A stretch of DNA of 64,000 bases from Chloroflexota bacterium (GTDB lineage Bacteria; Chloroflexota; Anaerolineae; Anaerolineales; UBA4823). This document shows positions 27,821 through 37,383 of the stretch, piece by piece (position 1 is the first letter of the stretch; the number at the start of each line of letters is the position of its first letter). The stretch spans positions 587,432 to 651,431 of the forward strand of contig JAKOUW010000096.1 in the NCBI GenBank assembly GCA_029782365.1. The letters are read 5' to 3'. The notes below the pieces were generated by a model. That model saw nothing but the letters and a program-made list of their open reading frames with translations, had not been told where the DNA came from and made no database searches. The position numbers and the translations under genes are program-made.

Positions 27821-28447
27821 ATGAACGATCCATTCCAACAAGCTGAAAAACAAGCCCTGCGTTACTGGTATGTCGACGGCCTGAGCGAGATCGCCGCCGG
27901 CCTCATCCTGCTGGTCATCGCCTTGTATTATCTCCTGCTCGCCTGGCTGCCCCTGGATGCCTCCGCAGGCTGGCTGGCAACGGTTGGCCAGCTCGTCGTG
28001 CTGGCGGTACTCGTGGTGCTGGCCCGGCTGGTCGTGCAGGCGCTGAAAGAGCGCATTACTTACCCGCGCACCGGCTATATTGCATTGCGCCACGGCGGCC
28101 TGCCCCGCCGCGCCATCGTCGCCGCCCTGGCGGTCATGTTCGCGGCGGTATTCGCCCTGGCGGTTGGCCTGTCTAAGAATGCCTTCGTGCGCCATTGGTT
28201 GGTGCCGCCCTTCCCCGCTCTCTTTGTGGCCTTCATGGGCTATACCTACGGCTTGCGCCGCTTTTACCTGATGGCGATCTACACTCTGCTGATTTCCATC
28301 GCCAGCACTTTTCTCGGCCTTGGCTCGATATTTGACAGCGCGGCTTTCCTGGCGGCTTTCGGCATGGGTTGGGTGGTCACCGGAGCCTTCGGCCTAGCCC
28401 GCTACCTGCGCTCCACCCGCCCGGTTGGCCTGGAGGGCGGCGAATGA
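27821..28447 (+). CDS. integral membrane protein (about 5-6 TM), unknown function
   Basis: Start at ATG 27821 after a GGAG SD; the track ORF starts at 27752, inside the promoter. Hydrophobic helices throughout. Confidence 0.6.
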   Translation: MNDPFQQAEKQALRYWYVDGLSEIAAGLILLVIALYYLLLAWLPLDASAGWLATVGQLVVLAVLVVLARLVVQALKERITYPRTGYIALRHGGLPRRAIVAALAVMFAAVFALAVGLSKNAFVRHWLVPPFPALFVAFMGYTYGLRRFYLMAIYTLLISIASTFLGLGSIFDSAAFLAAFGMGWVVTGAFGLARYLRSTRPVGLEGGE

Positions 28448-28758
28448 ACCCCGATCTGCGCTCTCTCGGCGACCTCGACCGCCTCTTGCACGAGCCGGCC
28501 CGCTTGCTGATCGCATCGATCCTGTACTCTGTCGAGGAGGCCGATTTTCTCTATCTATTGAACAACACCAACCTGACGCGTGGCAACCTGTCCACCCACC
28601 TGAGCAAGCTGGAAGAAGCCGGTTATGTGCAGATTGAAAAGACATTTAAAGGCAAGCTGCCTCGCACCATCTGCCGCCTGGCGCCAGCCGGCCGGGCGGC
28701 GTTCGATGAGTATCGCAAAAAATTAAAACATATATCCGATGCGCTCAACCGCGGCTGA
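28444..28758 (+). CDS. small winged-helix (ArsR/PadR-like) transcriptional regulator
   Basis: The ATG overlaps the upstream stop (ATGA). LHEPARLLIASILYSVEEADFLYLLNNTNLTRGNLSTHLSKLEEAGYVQIEK is a wHTH pattern. Confidence 0.7.
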   Translation: MNPDLRSLGDLDRLLHEPARLLIASILYSVEEADFLYLLNNTNLTRGNLSTHLSKLEEAGYVQIEKTFKGKLPRTICRLAPAGRAAFDEYRKKLKHISDALNRG

Positions 28759-28815
28759 ACGGCCGCTGTTCACAGATAATTCACCCATTTACTGTTCATT
28801 TTATTGGAGGTAAGT

Positions 28816-29742
28816 ATGCAAGACAATGTCATCCACACTGAAGGGCTGAGCAAGCAGTTTCACGGCCGGCTTGCCCTGGAAAATCTCTCCATCGACGTGC
28901 CTGCCGGCGTCATCTTTGGCTTTTTAGGGCCAAACGGCGCTGGAAAGACCACCACCATCCGCCTGCTGTTGGGCCTGCTCGAGCCAACGGATGGGAGGGC
29001 TGTGGTGGTGGGGTTGGACACGCGCACGCAGGCCGCCGAGATCCGCCGCCAGTCTGGCGCGCTGCTGGAGTTCACCGGCCTGTACGAACGCTTATCGGCG
29101 GAGGACAACCTGGATTTTTACGGCCGCCTCTGGCATATGCCAGGCGCCGAGCGGAAGGCTCGCCTGCAAGAACTGCTGACCCCCCTTGGCCTGTACGAGC
29201 GGCGCAAAGAGACTGTGGCCGCCTGGAGCCGCGGTATGAAGCAAAAACTGGCGGTGGCGCGTGCCCTAATGCACCGTCCCCGGCTGGTTTTCCTGGACGA
29301 GCCCACCGCCGGCCTCGATCCGCTGGCCTCCGCCGCCTTGCGCGACGACCTGACCACCCTGGCGCGCCAGCAGGGCGTGACGATTTTTCTCACCACCCAC
29401 AACCTGGCTGAAGCCGAGAAGATCTGCCAGCAGGTGGCGGTGATTCGCCAGGGCCGCCTGCTCATGTGCGGCTCGCCCGATGAACTGCGCCAGAGCCGGG
29501 GCGGCCGGCGCGTCGAATTGTTCGGCCGCGGTTTCAGCCCCGATTTGCTGGCCAGATTGAACCAGCGCCCAGAGATCGCCCACCTGGAACAGGCCGATCA
29601 TCACCTGTTCATCGATTTGAACGGCGACCCCGACACAGCCGGCATTGTGCGCGACGTGGTGCTGGCTGGCGGCCAGGTTGATGAAGTGCGCAAAAGCGCC
29701 GCCAGCCTCGAAGAAGTTTTCTTAGCCTCGATGGGAGCTTGA
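28816..29742 (+). CDS. ABC transporter ATP-binding protein (ABC-2/drug-exporter type)
   Basis: Walker A GPNGAGKTT, signature WSRGMKQKL (degenerate LSGGQ), Walker B LVFLDEPTAGLD. GGAGG SD 5 nt upstream of ATG 28816. Confidence 0.9.
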   Translation: MQDNVIHTEGLSKQFHGRLALENLSIDVPAGVIFGFLGPNGAGKTTTIRLLLGLLEPTDGRAVVVGLDTRTQAAEIRRQSGALLEFTGLYERLSAEDNLDFYGRLWHMPGAERKARLQELLTPLGLYERRKETVAAWSRGMKQKLAVARALMHRPRLVFLDEPTAGLDPLASAALRDDLTTLARQQGVTIFLTTHNLAEAEKICQQVAVIRQGRLLMCGSPDELRQSRGGRRVELFGRGFSPDLLARLNQRPEIAHLEQADHHLFIDLNGDPDTAGIVRDVVLAGGQVDEVRKSAASLEEVFLASMGA

Positions 29743-29743
29743 T

Positions 29744-30484
29744 ATGATCTACGATGTGTTTACCCTTGTCCGGAAAGAATGGAAAGAAATGTTCCTGCAG
29801 CGCGGCAGTTGGAAGAGCGGCCTGCTCAATCAATTGGTCGTGCTGGCAGTGTTGGGTGTGTTCCTGCCTCTGCAAGCCGGCGCCCACTGGCTGGCCAACC
29901 CAGCCCTGGCCCTGAGCTGGCTGTGGCTGCCCGTCTCCCTGACCATGAACCTGGTTGCCGACGCCTTTGCCGGCGAACGTGAGCGCCACACCCTGGATAC
30001 CCTGCTCGCCAGCCGCCTCTCGGACCAGGCTATTCTGATCGGCAAGCTGGCAGCCGCTTCTTTATACGGCTTCAGTCTGGCGGTGCTCTCCATGCTGACG
30101 GCCGCTGTCACCATCAACGTCGCCTTCCCTGCCGGTTACGTGCAGTTTTACCCACTCGATACCTTCCCTGTCTTGCTGGCCGCTGTGCTGTTGATCAATG
30201 TGCTGATGGCCTCTCTGGGAGGGCTCGTCTCCCTGCACGCCCAAACTGCCCGCCAGGCATTCCAATACCTCAGTATCGCCATGCTCGTTTTGTTCGTCGG
30301 CCCACTGTTGGTGTTCCAATTCGCCCCTGCCGGCTGGAAAGAGACAATGGCCGCTGCCTTGGCCGGCTGGAGCACGGCCCGCCTGCTGTCTGGCTTGCTG
30401 GTGACATTGGCGCTGTTGGATGCGGGCTTTCTAGGTGCTGCGCGCCTTCGTTTTCAAAGAGCGAAGTTGATGGAGGATATTTGA
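29744..30484 (+). CDS. ABC-2 type transporter permease
   Basis: 246 aa, about 6 TM, immediately downstream of the ATPase (1-nt gap). Confidence 0.75.
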   Translation: MIYDVFTLVRKEWKEMFLQRGSWKSGLLNQLVVLAVLGVFLPLQAGAHWLANPALALSWLWLPVSLTMNLVADAFAGERERHTLDTLLASRLSDQAILIGKLAAASLYGFSLAVLSMLTAAVTINVAFPAGYVQFYPLDTFPVLLAAVLLINVLMASLGGLVSLHAQTARQAFQYLSIAMLVLFVGPLLVFQFAPAGWKETMAAALAGWSTARLLSGLLVTLALLDAGFLGAARLRFQRAKLMEDI

Positions 30485-30608
30485 CATCCATTTTCTTGGA
30501 GAGGATAGGTGCAGGCGGCAAGTGTATTCCCAACCTTGAAGCCATACATGCTGGTAGCTTTTTTTCGGGCGGGCGCGGCGGTCTTTTCGCCGCTGCCCGC
30601 CTGCGCTG

Positions 30609-30962
30609 TCAGCGCGTATGGGATGATTGTTTATTGAAGCGCTGATTTTCAAATTGCTGCAGCAGCCAGGCCAGCTTCACCCCTTCCAGCGAAGGTCGTG
30701 TCACGTCCGACCACCCTACGCGTTCAGCCGGCCCGAGCCCCAGGCAGAGAAAGCCCCCCGCATGCGCCGCCTCAATACCGGCCGCCGCATCTTTCACCAC
30801 CACACACCGCCCAGGGGCCAGGCCGAGCAGTCCGGCGGCGTGGAGAAACAAGTCGGGAGCTGGCTTCTGGCGGACCACACTGCTGCCGTCGGCAATTGCC
30901 TCAAACAGCTCCACAATGCCCAGGCCGGCTAAAACCTGCGCGAACGTTCGCTTAACATACAC
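30609..30962 (-). pseudogene. truncated HAD-superfamily hydrolase (beta-phosphoglucomutase-like), C-terminal half only
   Basis: The ORF encodes only HAD motifs III/IV (GSSVVRQKPAPDLFLHAAGLLGLAPGRCVVVKDAAAGIEAAHAGG). The N-terminal DxD nucleophile motif and cap domain are absent, and the upstream DNA is non-coding. Confidence 0.55.
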
Positions 30963-31082
30963 AGAAATATTCCTTGCTTGTCAAGAGGCAATTAATCGTT
31001 CTGATTTTGCCCTTGTACAAACAGGCCGAGTGAGATAGACTTTTGAAATGCCCGCACGATTCAAAACGCCGCGCCAGAGCGA

Positions 31083-31478
31083 ATGCCCAACCAACCCGTC
31101 CATCTCCGCCGAGCCTGGTTAACCTGGGCGATCACGTTAGGCGCCGCCCTGCTCAGCCTGCTGGCTTTGCTGGCGACTCTGCAGGGCCTGCGCGGCAGCC
31201 AGGCAGCCGGTAACAGCCCGCTGGTCAGTGTGCTCAACTTGCTCACGGCTGTGTGCGGTTTAGCCGGCACGCTGGGGTTTGCCCTGCGCCGGCGCTGGGG
31301 TGCGCTCCTTTTCGGCTTTTCCACCATTGGCCACTGGCTGGCCCACATCGTCCTGCTGGTCGCCCTGTTTTCTGCCGGCCGCGGCACTCTTTTCGGCGCG
31401 GTTGGCCTGCTGGCTGTCCCTGCAGCGGCGGCGCTGGTCTGGTCTGCCATGTACCGGCAGGTGCGCCCGGCCAGCTAA
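31083..31478 (+). CDS. small integral membrane protein (4 TM)
   Basis: 131 aa, four hydrophobic helices. Confidence 0.55.
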   Translation: MPNQPVHLRRAWLTWAITLGAALLSLLALLATLQGLRGSQAAGNSPLVSVLNLLTAVCGLAGTLGFALRRRWGALLFGFSTIGHWLAHIVLLVALFSAGRGTLFGAVGLLAVPAAAALVWSAMYRQVRPAS

Positions 31479-32764
31479 GACGGCTGGGCCAGGACAGTCT
31501 GGTTGCGCCCGGCGTTCTTGGCCGCGTACAAAGCCTGATCTGCGCTGTGGATCAAGTCGCCGCCGCTGTAACCATTCGCCGGAAAGATCGCGATGCCGCT
31601 GGAGATTGTCACCACGCCCAGCAGATTGCCTTCGTGCGTCACGCGCATGTTTTCCACCGCCACGCGCAGTTCTTCGATGCGGGTGTAGGCATCCGTTGAG
31701 CTGATATCCGGCAGGATGACGGTGAATTCCTCCCCTCCGTAACGGCAGGCAATATCACTGCCGCGAAAACGCTGGCGCAGTAAAACACCCAGTTCGCGCA
31801 TCACCACGTCGCCCGCGTCGTGCCCGAATTCATCGTTGAAACATTTGAAATGGTCGATGTCGAACATCACCACCGCCAGGCTGGCATGTCCTCTGCGGGC
31901 GCGCATCACTTCTCGCTCCAGCGTTTCTTCCAGGTAGCGCCGGTTGAACAGACCGGTCAGTGGGTCACGGATCGATTGACTGCGCAGCGACTCGCGTAAC
32001 TGCAGGTTCGCCAGCGCCAGTCCGGCTTGCTCTGCGAAGGCGCGCGCCAGTGATTCTTCCATTACTGCGAAAGGTTGATCTGTGCCGCTGTCGGCCGCGG
32101 CTTGAGCATTGGTGTGCATATAAATCACCCCCAGCGCCTCGCCGTGCGCCATCATCGGCGCGCAAACGGTCGTCCCAGGGCTGACGTGCAGGTAATGCTT
32201 GCAAGCTGGCGCGTCCTGGCCGCCCTGCGTGCAGTACACCTGGCCGCGGCGCAGCGCCCAACACTCGTCCGGCGGAAACACCACGCCTTCCGCGGGTAAA
32301 ATCAACTCCCCCCAGCTTTGGCGCATTTCCAATTCGTTGCGCGAAGCGCTGTAGATGAACATGGCGCCCTGCGAGCCTGCCGCCAGGTTAATCGCGCTGT
32401 GTTTGATAATGTCATATGCCTCAGCTTCGGTGTTACAGGCTTGCAGGTAACTGCTCATCATAGCCAGCTGGGCGCTCTGCTTGTTCTTGTGCTCCAACAG
32501 CTCCTGTGTTTTCATCAGGTCAGCCTCTGCCTGCTCACGCTCGGCGATCACCCGCCTCAGCGGCTGGACTTCCAGCATATAGAGCATGGGCAGGACCAGC
32601 GCGCTCAACAGCAGCGCGTCAATCAGCGCTTCAATGAACTGCGGCAGAGGCGGCAGCAGGGAAACGACAAACATAGACGCCAGCTCGCTGATGAAAATCG
32701 CCAGCGAGAGGATCAACAGCAACTGCAGGGGAGATTGATCGAATTTTGGTGGATGGGATTTCAT
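31475..32764 (-). CDS. diguanylate cyclase: N-terminal 2-TM region, GAF-like sensor, GGDEF domain
   Basis: C-terminal RDPLTGLFNRRY...FDIDHFKCFNDEFGHDAGD...RYGGEEFTVIL (GGEEF active site, RxxD-like I-site upstream). Confidence 0.9.
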   Translation of the reverse strand: MKSHPPKFDQSPLQLLLILSLAIFISELASMFVVSLLPPLPQFIEALIDALLLSALVLPMLYMLEVQPLRRVIAEREQAEADLMKTQELLEHKNKQSAQLAMMSSYLQACNTEAEAYDIIKHSAINLAAGSQGAMFIYSASRNELEMRQSWGELILPAEGVVFPPDECWALRRGQVYCTQGGQDAPACKHYLHVSPGTTVCAPMMAHGEALGVIYMHTNAQAAADSGTDQPFAVMEESLARAFAEQAGLALANLQLRESLRSQSIRDPLTGLFNRRYLEETLEREVMRARRGHASLAVVMFDIDHFKCFNDEFGHDAGDVVMRELGVLLRQRFRGSDIACRYGGEEFTVILPDISSTDAYTRIEELRVAVENMRVTHEGNLLGVVTISSGIAIFPANGYSGGDLIHSADQALYAAKNAGRNQTVLAQPS

Positions 32765-32943
32765 AAATAAAGTTCGGCTTTAAAACCAGGATAAGATAAT
32801 CATACACGCTTAATCAAAAAAAATCTATAAAACCAGGGTGAAAAAACTGCAAGCCTAAAAGGAAAATAAACCCGTGTGCCTGGACTGCCCGCACCCATAA
32901 CAACCTGCGCGCCAGAATCGGTGCAATTCGTTATAATGAGTGT

Positions 32944-34449
32944 ATGACAAACGAACCGAACCACACCACCGAATCTGAACCGTTGGAGCCTGCCCTCCCC
33001 GGCGGCCCGGCTAATCCAGCGGAAAACCAGCCGGATATCCTGCCAACCGCCTCGCTGGCTGACCTGCCCGAAAAAATACGGCAGGGAGCGGCGGCTGCCG
33101 GCTGGACGGAGCTGATGCCCGTCCAGGCGCAGGCCATTCCTTACCTTTATGCCCAACGCGATATGATGATCCAATCGCACACCGGCAGCGGCAAAACTGG
33201 CGCCTATTTGTTTCCCCTGCTCGACCTGGTTAACCCACTGCAGCGCACGACCCAGGCGCTGGTGCTGGTGCCGACGCGCGAATTGGCGCTTCAGGTCACT
33301 TCAGAAGCCGGGCTGTTAGGCGGCGCCACCGGCGTGCGCTCCACGGCTGTGTACGGCGGTGTGGGCTACGGAGAACAACTGGATGCATTCAAGGCTGGCG
33401 CTCACCTGGTGATTGGCACACCCGGGCGTGTGCTCGATCACCTCCTGCGCCGCTCGCTCAATCTGGATAAACTGCGCTTCCTGGTATTTGATGAGGCAGA
33501 CCGCATGCTCTCGATGGGCTTTTACCCCGATATGCTGCGCGTCCAGGCGTACCTGCCCGGCGGCGGGCTCGACCCCCACCGCCACATTCCCAGCTATATG
33601 TTCTCTGCGACTTTTCCGCCTCAAGTGGTGCGCCTGGCAGCCCAGTTTTTACACGACCCAGGCTTTCTCAACCTGTCCAGCGAGCACATCCACGTCACCG
33701 AAGTGGAACACGTCTATTACACCATCCCCGGCCTGGACAAAGACCGCAGTCTGGTGCGCATCATCGAGATTGAAAACCCGCCTTCCGCGCTGATCTTCTG
33801 CAACACAAAGGCGCGCGTTGATTATGTCACCACCGTATTGCAGCGCTTCGGTTATGACGCCGACCAGCTCACCTCTGATCTCTCACAGCCGGCGCGTGAG
33901 AAAGTGCTGGAGCGCGTGCGGCGCAGTGAACTGCGTTTTCTGGTCGCCACCGATGTGGCGGCGCGCGGCATCGACCTGCCCGAGCTCTCGCACGTTTTCC
34001 AATATGAGCCGCCCGAAGAGATGGAAGCGTACATCCACCGCGCCGGGCGCACCGGCCGGGCTGGCGCCAGCGGCACAGCCATCTCGCTGGTCAGCCCGCT
34101 GGAGAGCCTGGAACTGAAGCGCATCGCCCGCCGCTACACCATTCAACTCATTGAACGCCCTCTGCCTTCTGACGAAGATGTAGAGCGCGTGGTCGGCGAG
34201 CGCATCATCGCCCTGCTGGAGGCGCGCCTGCGCGGGCGCGACCGTCTGCAGAGTGAGCGCATGGGGCGCTTCCAGTCCCTGGCCCGCAGCCTGGCTGAGA
34301 ACCCGGATGAGAGCGCCCTGCTGGCGATGCTGTTGGATGATTTTTACCAGCAGTCCTTCCACGGCCCGGTGGTGCCGCCCGCCGCCGCTGTCAAGAACAC
34401 CTCGGGCAGGCCCGGCGGCGGAAGCCAGCGGAGAAAGAGAAGGCGCTGA
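32944..34449 (+). CDS. DEAD-box ATP-dependent RNA helicase
   Basis: Q-motif region, Walker A SHTGSGKTGAY, DEAD (VFDEADRM), SAT, HRAGRTGRAG, basic C-terminal tail. Confidence 0.92.
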   Translation: MTNEPNHTTESEPLEPALPGGPANPAENQPDILPTASLADLPEKIRQGAAAAGWTELMPVQAQAIPYLYAQRDMMIQSHTGSGKTGAYLFPLLDLVNPLQRTTQALVLVPTRELALQVTSEAGLLGGATGVRSTAVYGGVGYGEQLDAFKAGAHLVIGTPGRVLDHLLRRSLNLDKLRFLVFDEADRMLSMGFYPDMLRVQAYLPGGGLDPHRHIPSYMFSATFPPQVVRLAAQFLHDPGFLNLSSEHIHVTEVEHVYYTIPGLDKDRSLVRIIEIENPPSALIFCNTKARVDYVTTVLQRFGYDADQLTSDLSQPAREKVLERVRRSELRFLVATDVAARGIDLPELSHVFQYEPPEEMEAYIHRAGRTGRAGASGTAISLVSPLESLELKRIARRYTIQLIERPLPSDEDVERVVGERIIALLEARLRGRDRLQSERMGRFQSLARSLAENPDESALLAMLLDDFYQQSFHGPVVPPAAAVKNTSGRPGGGSQRRKRRR

Positions 34450-34484
34450 GGTTTGCCGGCCGGCAGCCAGGCTCTGCTCGGCGG

Positions 34485-35951
34485 TTACAAGATCACCGTC
34501 CTGTCACGCCCGCTCTGCTTGGCGGCATACATGGCCTCGTCGGCGCGGCGGAAGATCTCTTCGGCGCTTTCCGGCGTAGCGTCTAAACGCATGCCCACGA
34601 TGCCCATGCTGAGGGTGATGCTGGCTTCACCCTTCGCTGTCTGGATGCGCAGATTTCTTGCCGCCTGCCGCAGGCGCTCTGCCAGCACAAACGCCTGGTC
34701 CACTGCGGTGTGCGGCAGCACCACCACGAATTCTTCGCCGCCGTAGCGGCCAAACACATCTGCGCTGCGCAGACCAGCGCTCACCACAACCGCCATTTCT
34801 TTCAATAGTTGATCACCTGCCGCATGACCAAAGGTATCGTTGACCAGCTTGAAGTGATCGATATCAAACATCACCACCGCTAATGGCTGCTGGTAGCGGG
34901 CTGCCACTTCAATTTCGTGCTCTGCCCGGTCGTACAAATGACGTCGGTTGTAGATTCCGGTCAGCGGGTCGATTTGCGCCAGCTCTTCCGCGCGCGCCAG
35001 CGCCGCTTGCAGCGCGTTGTTCGCCGCTTCGGTGCCTGCCTGGGCGCGCCCGCGTTCCAGGATGATGGCGCTGATAAACAGCCCGGAGAAAGCTGTCACA
35101 GCCAGGAACACCTGCAGGGAGACCATGTGCTCCACGCGTGTTTGGTTGGCAAAGCTGAAAATGCCGTACCCCTGAATGGTGCACCCGATGGCGATGATGC
35201 TGATCAACAGCAGTAAATTGGCCATACCGCGCGTGGAAAGCCGGAAAGCCGCCCAGAACAGCAGGGGGTAGAGCATGTAATTGCGCAGCACCGGGTGTTC
35301 TGCCTGCGTCCAGGGTCCGAACAGCAGGAACGAAAACACAAACGTGACAAAAATAATCAGCCCTGTTTCCACGAGCTGAAGCGCAGTGCCGGTGGGGATC
35401 AGGCGCTGGTTATTGGCCCAACCGACCACCACCGGTGTGACGATCAACACGCCCAGGCCATCCGCCGCCCACCAGATCGCCCAGGCATTCCACAGCGGGC
35501 TCTGGTATGCCAGCGCAGAGATGGCGGCGGCCAGCAGGGAAGAAACGCCGTTGACCAGGCTCGCCGCGAGCATCAGGATCAGCACACTGCCGATGCGGTC
35601 AAAAGTGGGGCGCGGCCCGCACAACTGCGCCAACAGCGCTCCACCCAATCCCACCAGCAGGGTGTTCGAAAATCCATAACCCAGGCTGACCAGCAGTGAA
35701 TTGCCGTTTCCCATGTTGCTGATCGTGTTGATCGCCAGCATGATGCTCAATAGATACGCCCAATGACGCCGCGGCCGGTTTAGCATGATGCCCAACATCA
35801 ACCCGCTGGCTGGCCAGAGCGGTGAAAAACGTTCGGGCTGGATGAACATAAACAACCCCAGGCGCACACACAGCCAGTAAACAAAGACGATCAAGGCCCA
35901 ATCACCGGCCAATTTCCAATACCTGGTTCCTGAATTTTCTGTTTCGCTCAA
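34485..35951 (-). CDS. diguanylate cyclase with MASE1-type membrane sensor domain
   Basis: About 8 TM N-terminal domain with a MASE1-like pattern. C-terminal DPLTGIYNRRH...FDIDHFKLVNDTFGHAAGD...RYGGEEFVVVL. Confidence 0.88.
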   Translation of the reverse strand: MSETENSGTRYWKLAGDWALIVFVYWLCVRLGLFMFIQPERFSPLWPASGLMLGIMLNRPRRHWAYLLSIMLAINTISNMGNGNSLLVSLGYGFSNTLLVGLGGALLAQLCGPRPTFDRIGSVLILMLAASLVNGVSSLLAAAISALAYQSPLWNAWAIWWAADGLGVLIVTPVVVGWANNQRLIPTGTALQLVETGLIIFVTFVFSFLLFGPWTQAEHPVLRNYMLYPLLFWAAFRLSTRGMANLLLLISIIAIGCTIQGYGIFSFANQTRVEHMVSLQVFLAVTAFSGLFISAIILERGRAQAGTEAANNALQAALARAEELAQIDPLTGIYNRRHLYDRAEHEIEVAARYQQPLAVVMFDIDHFKLVNDTFGHAAGDQLLKEMAVVVSAGLRSADVFGRYGGEEFVVVLPHTAVDQAFVLAERLRQAARNLRIQTAKGEASITLSMGIVGMRLDATPESAEEIFRRADEAMYAAKQSGRDRTVIL

Positions 35952-36239
35952 TTAGGATTTCCTTTGATCACGTACACCCACTGAACTCCAAGATACCATG
36001 TTTGGCTACTCCAATCATATCAGATTACAGGCTCTCAAGCTATAAATAATTGCTAAAGGTTCAATGCCTTTCCCTGCACATATCTCTGACTGGTAAGCTG
36101 ACTTGGATTAAAGAAAGCGTTATTGAGGCGCTGTGCGGCCTTGAGCGAGGCGGCTCTGGCCGCAGGAAAATCGATTAGAATCAAAGGGCTCTCCCTGCCA
36201 ATCAACCCCAAGCGGCGTTGACCCGCTGGAAAGGACACC

Positions 36240-36758
36240 ATGATTGATCATATTGTATCTCTATACGAATATGGCGAGTGGGCGACCCACCGCCTGCTGG
36301 AGCGCGTCGAGTTGTTGGACCCCGCGCAGTTCAAAATAAATCTGCTGCCCGGTTTTGGCTCGGTGCATGCCACGCTGGTGCACCTCCTGGGCGCAGAGGT
36401 GGTGTGGTGCGCTCGCTGGCAGGGCGAATCACCCAGGCAGCTGCTCTCTGCCGAAGACCTGCCCACCTTGCAGGTCATTCGAGCGCGCTGGGCGCAGTTG
36501 GAGCAGGAGCGCCGCGCCAGCCTGGCCGCTCTGGATGAGGCCGCCCTTGAGGAAATCATCCCTTACACCAACACGCGCGGCAGTTCTTTTACCCTGGCCC
36601 GCTGGCAGATGCTGCTGCACTGCGCCAACCATTCAACCCACCACCGCAGTGAACTGGCCGCCATGCTCAGCGAGATCGGCCACGAGCCTGACAGCCTGGA
36701 ACTGTTGGAGTTTTTCCTGCAGCGCACAGGCCAATCATGGAAACCGAGCAAGGTGTAA
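36240..36758 (+). CDS. DinB-family (DUF664-like four-helix bundle) protein
   Basis: 172 aa. YGEWATHRLL...HLLGAEVVW...HCANHSTHHRSEL is the His-triad pattern of the DinB superfamily. Confidence 0.75.
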   Translation: MIDHIVSLYEYGEWATHRLLERVELLDPAQFKINLLPGFGSVHATLVHLLGAEVVWCARWQGESPRQLLSAEDLPTLQVIRARWAQLEQERRASLAALDEAALEEIIPYTNTRGSSFTLARWQMLLHCANHSTHHRSELAAMLSEIGHEPDSLELLEFFLQRTGQSWKPSKV

Positions 36759-36831
36759 GCGGGCGATTGACGCGGCTAATTCCGCCACATGTTATAATAT
36801 ACGCCGACAACTTCAGATCGAGGAGGCGTCT

Positions 36832-37374
36832 GTGGACCCAGAGCTTGAAATGCTGATCACGAAGCAGTTGGATGAGCTTTGCTCGCTCAGTCCGGCTGCC
36901 CTGAACGTATTGGAGTATCTTTTCAAAAGCGGGCAGCCGGCGCCTCTGAGCAGCCTGGTGATGGAAGTCACCCGCATGGCGCCGCGCAGTTTTAAACCAA
37001 AAAGCATCCTGAATCTGCGCGCCGGCCCGGGTACCAACACGCCTGTGTTGGGCATGTTGGGACCAGACATGCCTTTGGCTGTCTTGAACCAATCCATGGA
37101 GTGGCGCCAGGTCTTCGTACCCCGCCGCTCTCAAATGGGTTATGTGCTCGCCCAATATCTCGATGAGGTTGACCCAGGCTCTCCGTATGGCCCCAAGCCG
37201 ACTGTCACCCTGGAGCGCATTCTGCAGGGCATGGTCTCCATGGAGCTCCTGGAAATCCGCACTTCCAAAACTGCCCCCGATGGCTGGGACGTCGTCTTGA
37301 CTCGCAAAGGTGTGTACCTGGCGAGCACCTTGTTTAAACAGTTGTCGCCAAACGACCAACAAGCCCAGGGATGA
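36832..37374 (+). CDS. hypothetical protein: winged-helix-like halves flanking an SH3b-like insert
   Basis: GTG 36832 lies 5 nt after AGGAGG. The track ORF 36355-37374 is an artefactual 5' extension overlapping dinB. ILNLRAGPGTNTPVLGMLGPDMPLAVLNQSMEWRQVF is a bacterial SH3-like pattern. Confidence 0.55.
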   Translation: MDPELEMLITKQLDELCSLSPAALNVLEYLFKSGQPAPLSSLVMEVTRMAPRSFKPKSILNLRAGPGTNTPVLGMLGPDMPLAVLNQSMEWRQVFVPRRSQMGYVLAQYLDEVDPGSPYGPKPTVTLERILQGMVSMELLEIRTSKTAPDGWDVVLTRKGVYLASTLFKQLSPNDQQAQG

Positions 37375-37383
37375 GGTGAACCT

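Noticed and set aside
30567-30601. GC-rich hairpin between the ABC-2 permease gene and the HAD remnant as an intrinsic terminator
   Set aside because: The T-run lies 5' of the stem on the plus strand, which reads as an A-run 3' of the stem on the minus strand. Neither orientation has the hairpin-then-U-tract geometry. The stem also needs a bulge.
36355-36831. 5' part of the 339-aa ORF overlapping dinB in another frame
   Set aside because: It overlaps the DinB-family gene, which has clear His-triad motifs. The translation is Cys/Trp/Arg/Pro-rich. A GTG with a perfect AGGAGG SD at 36832 gives a sensible shorter product.
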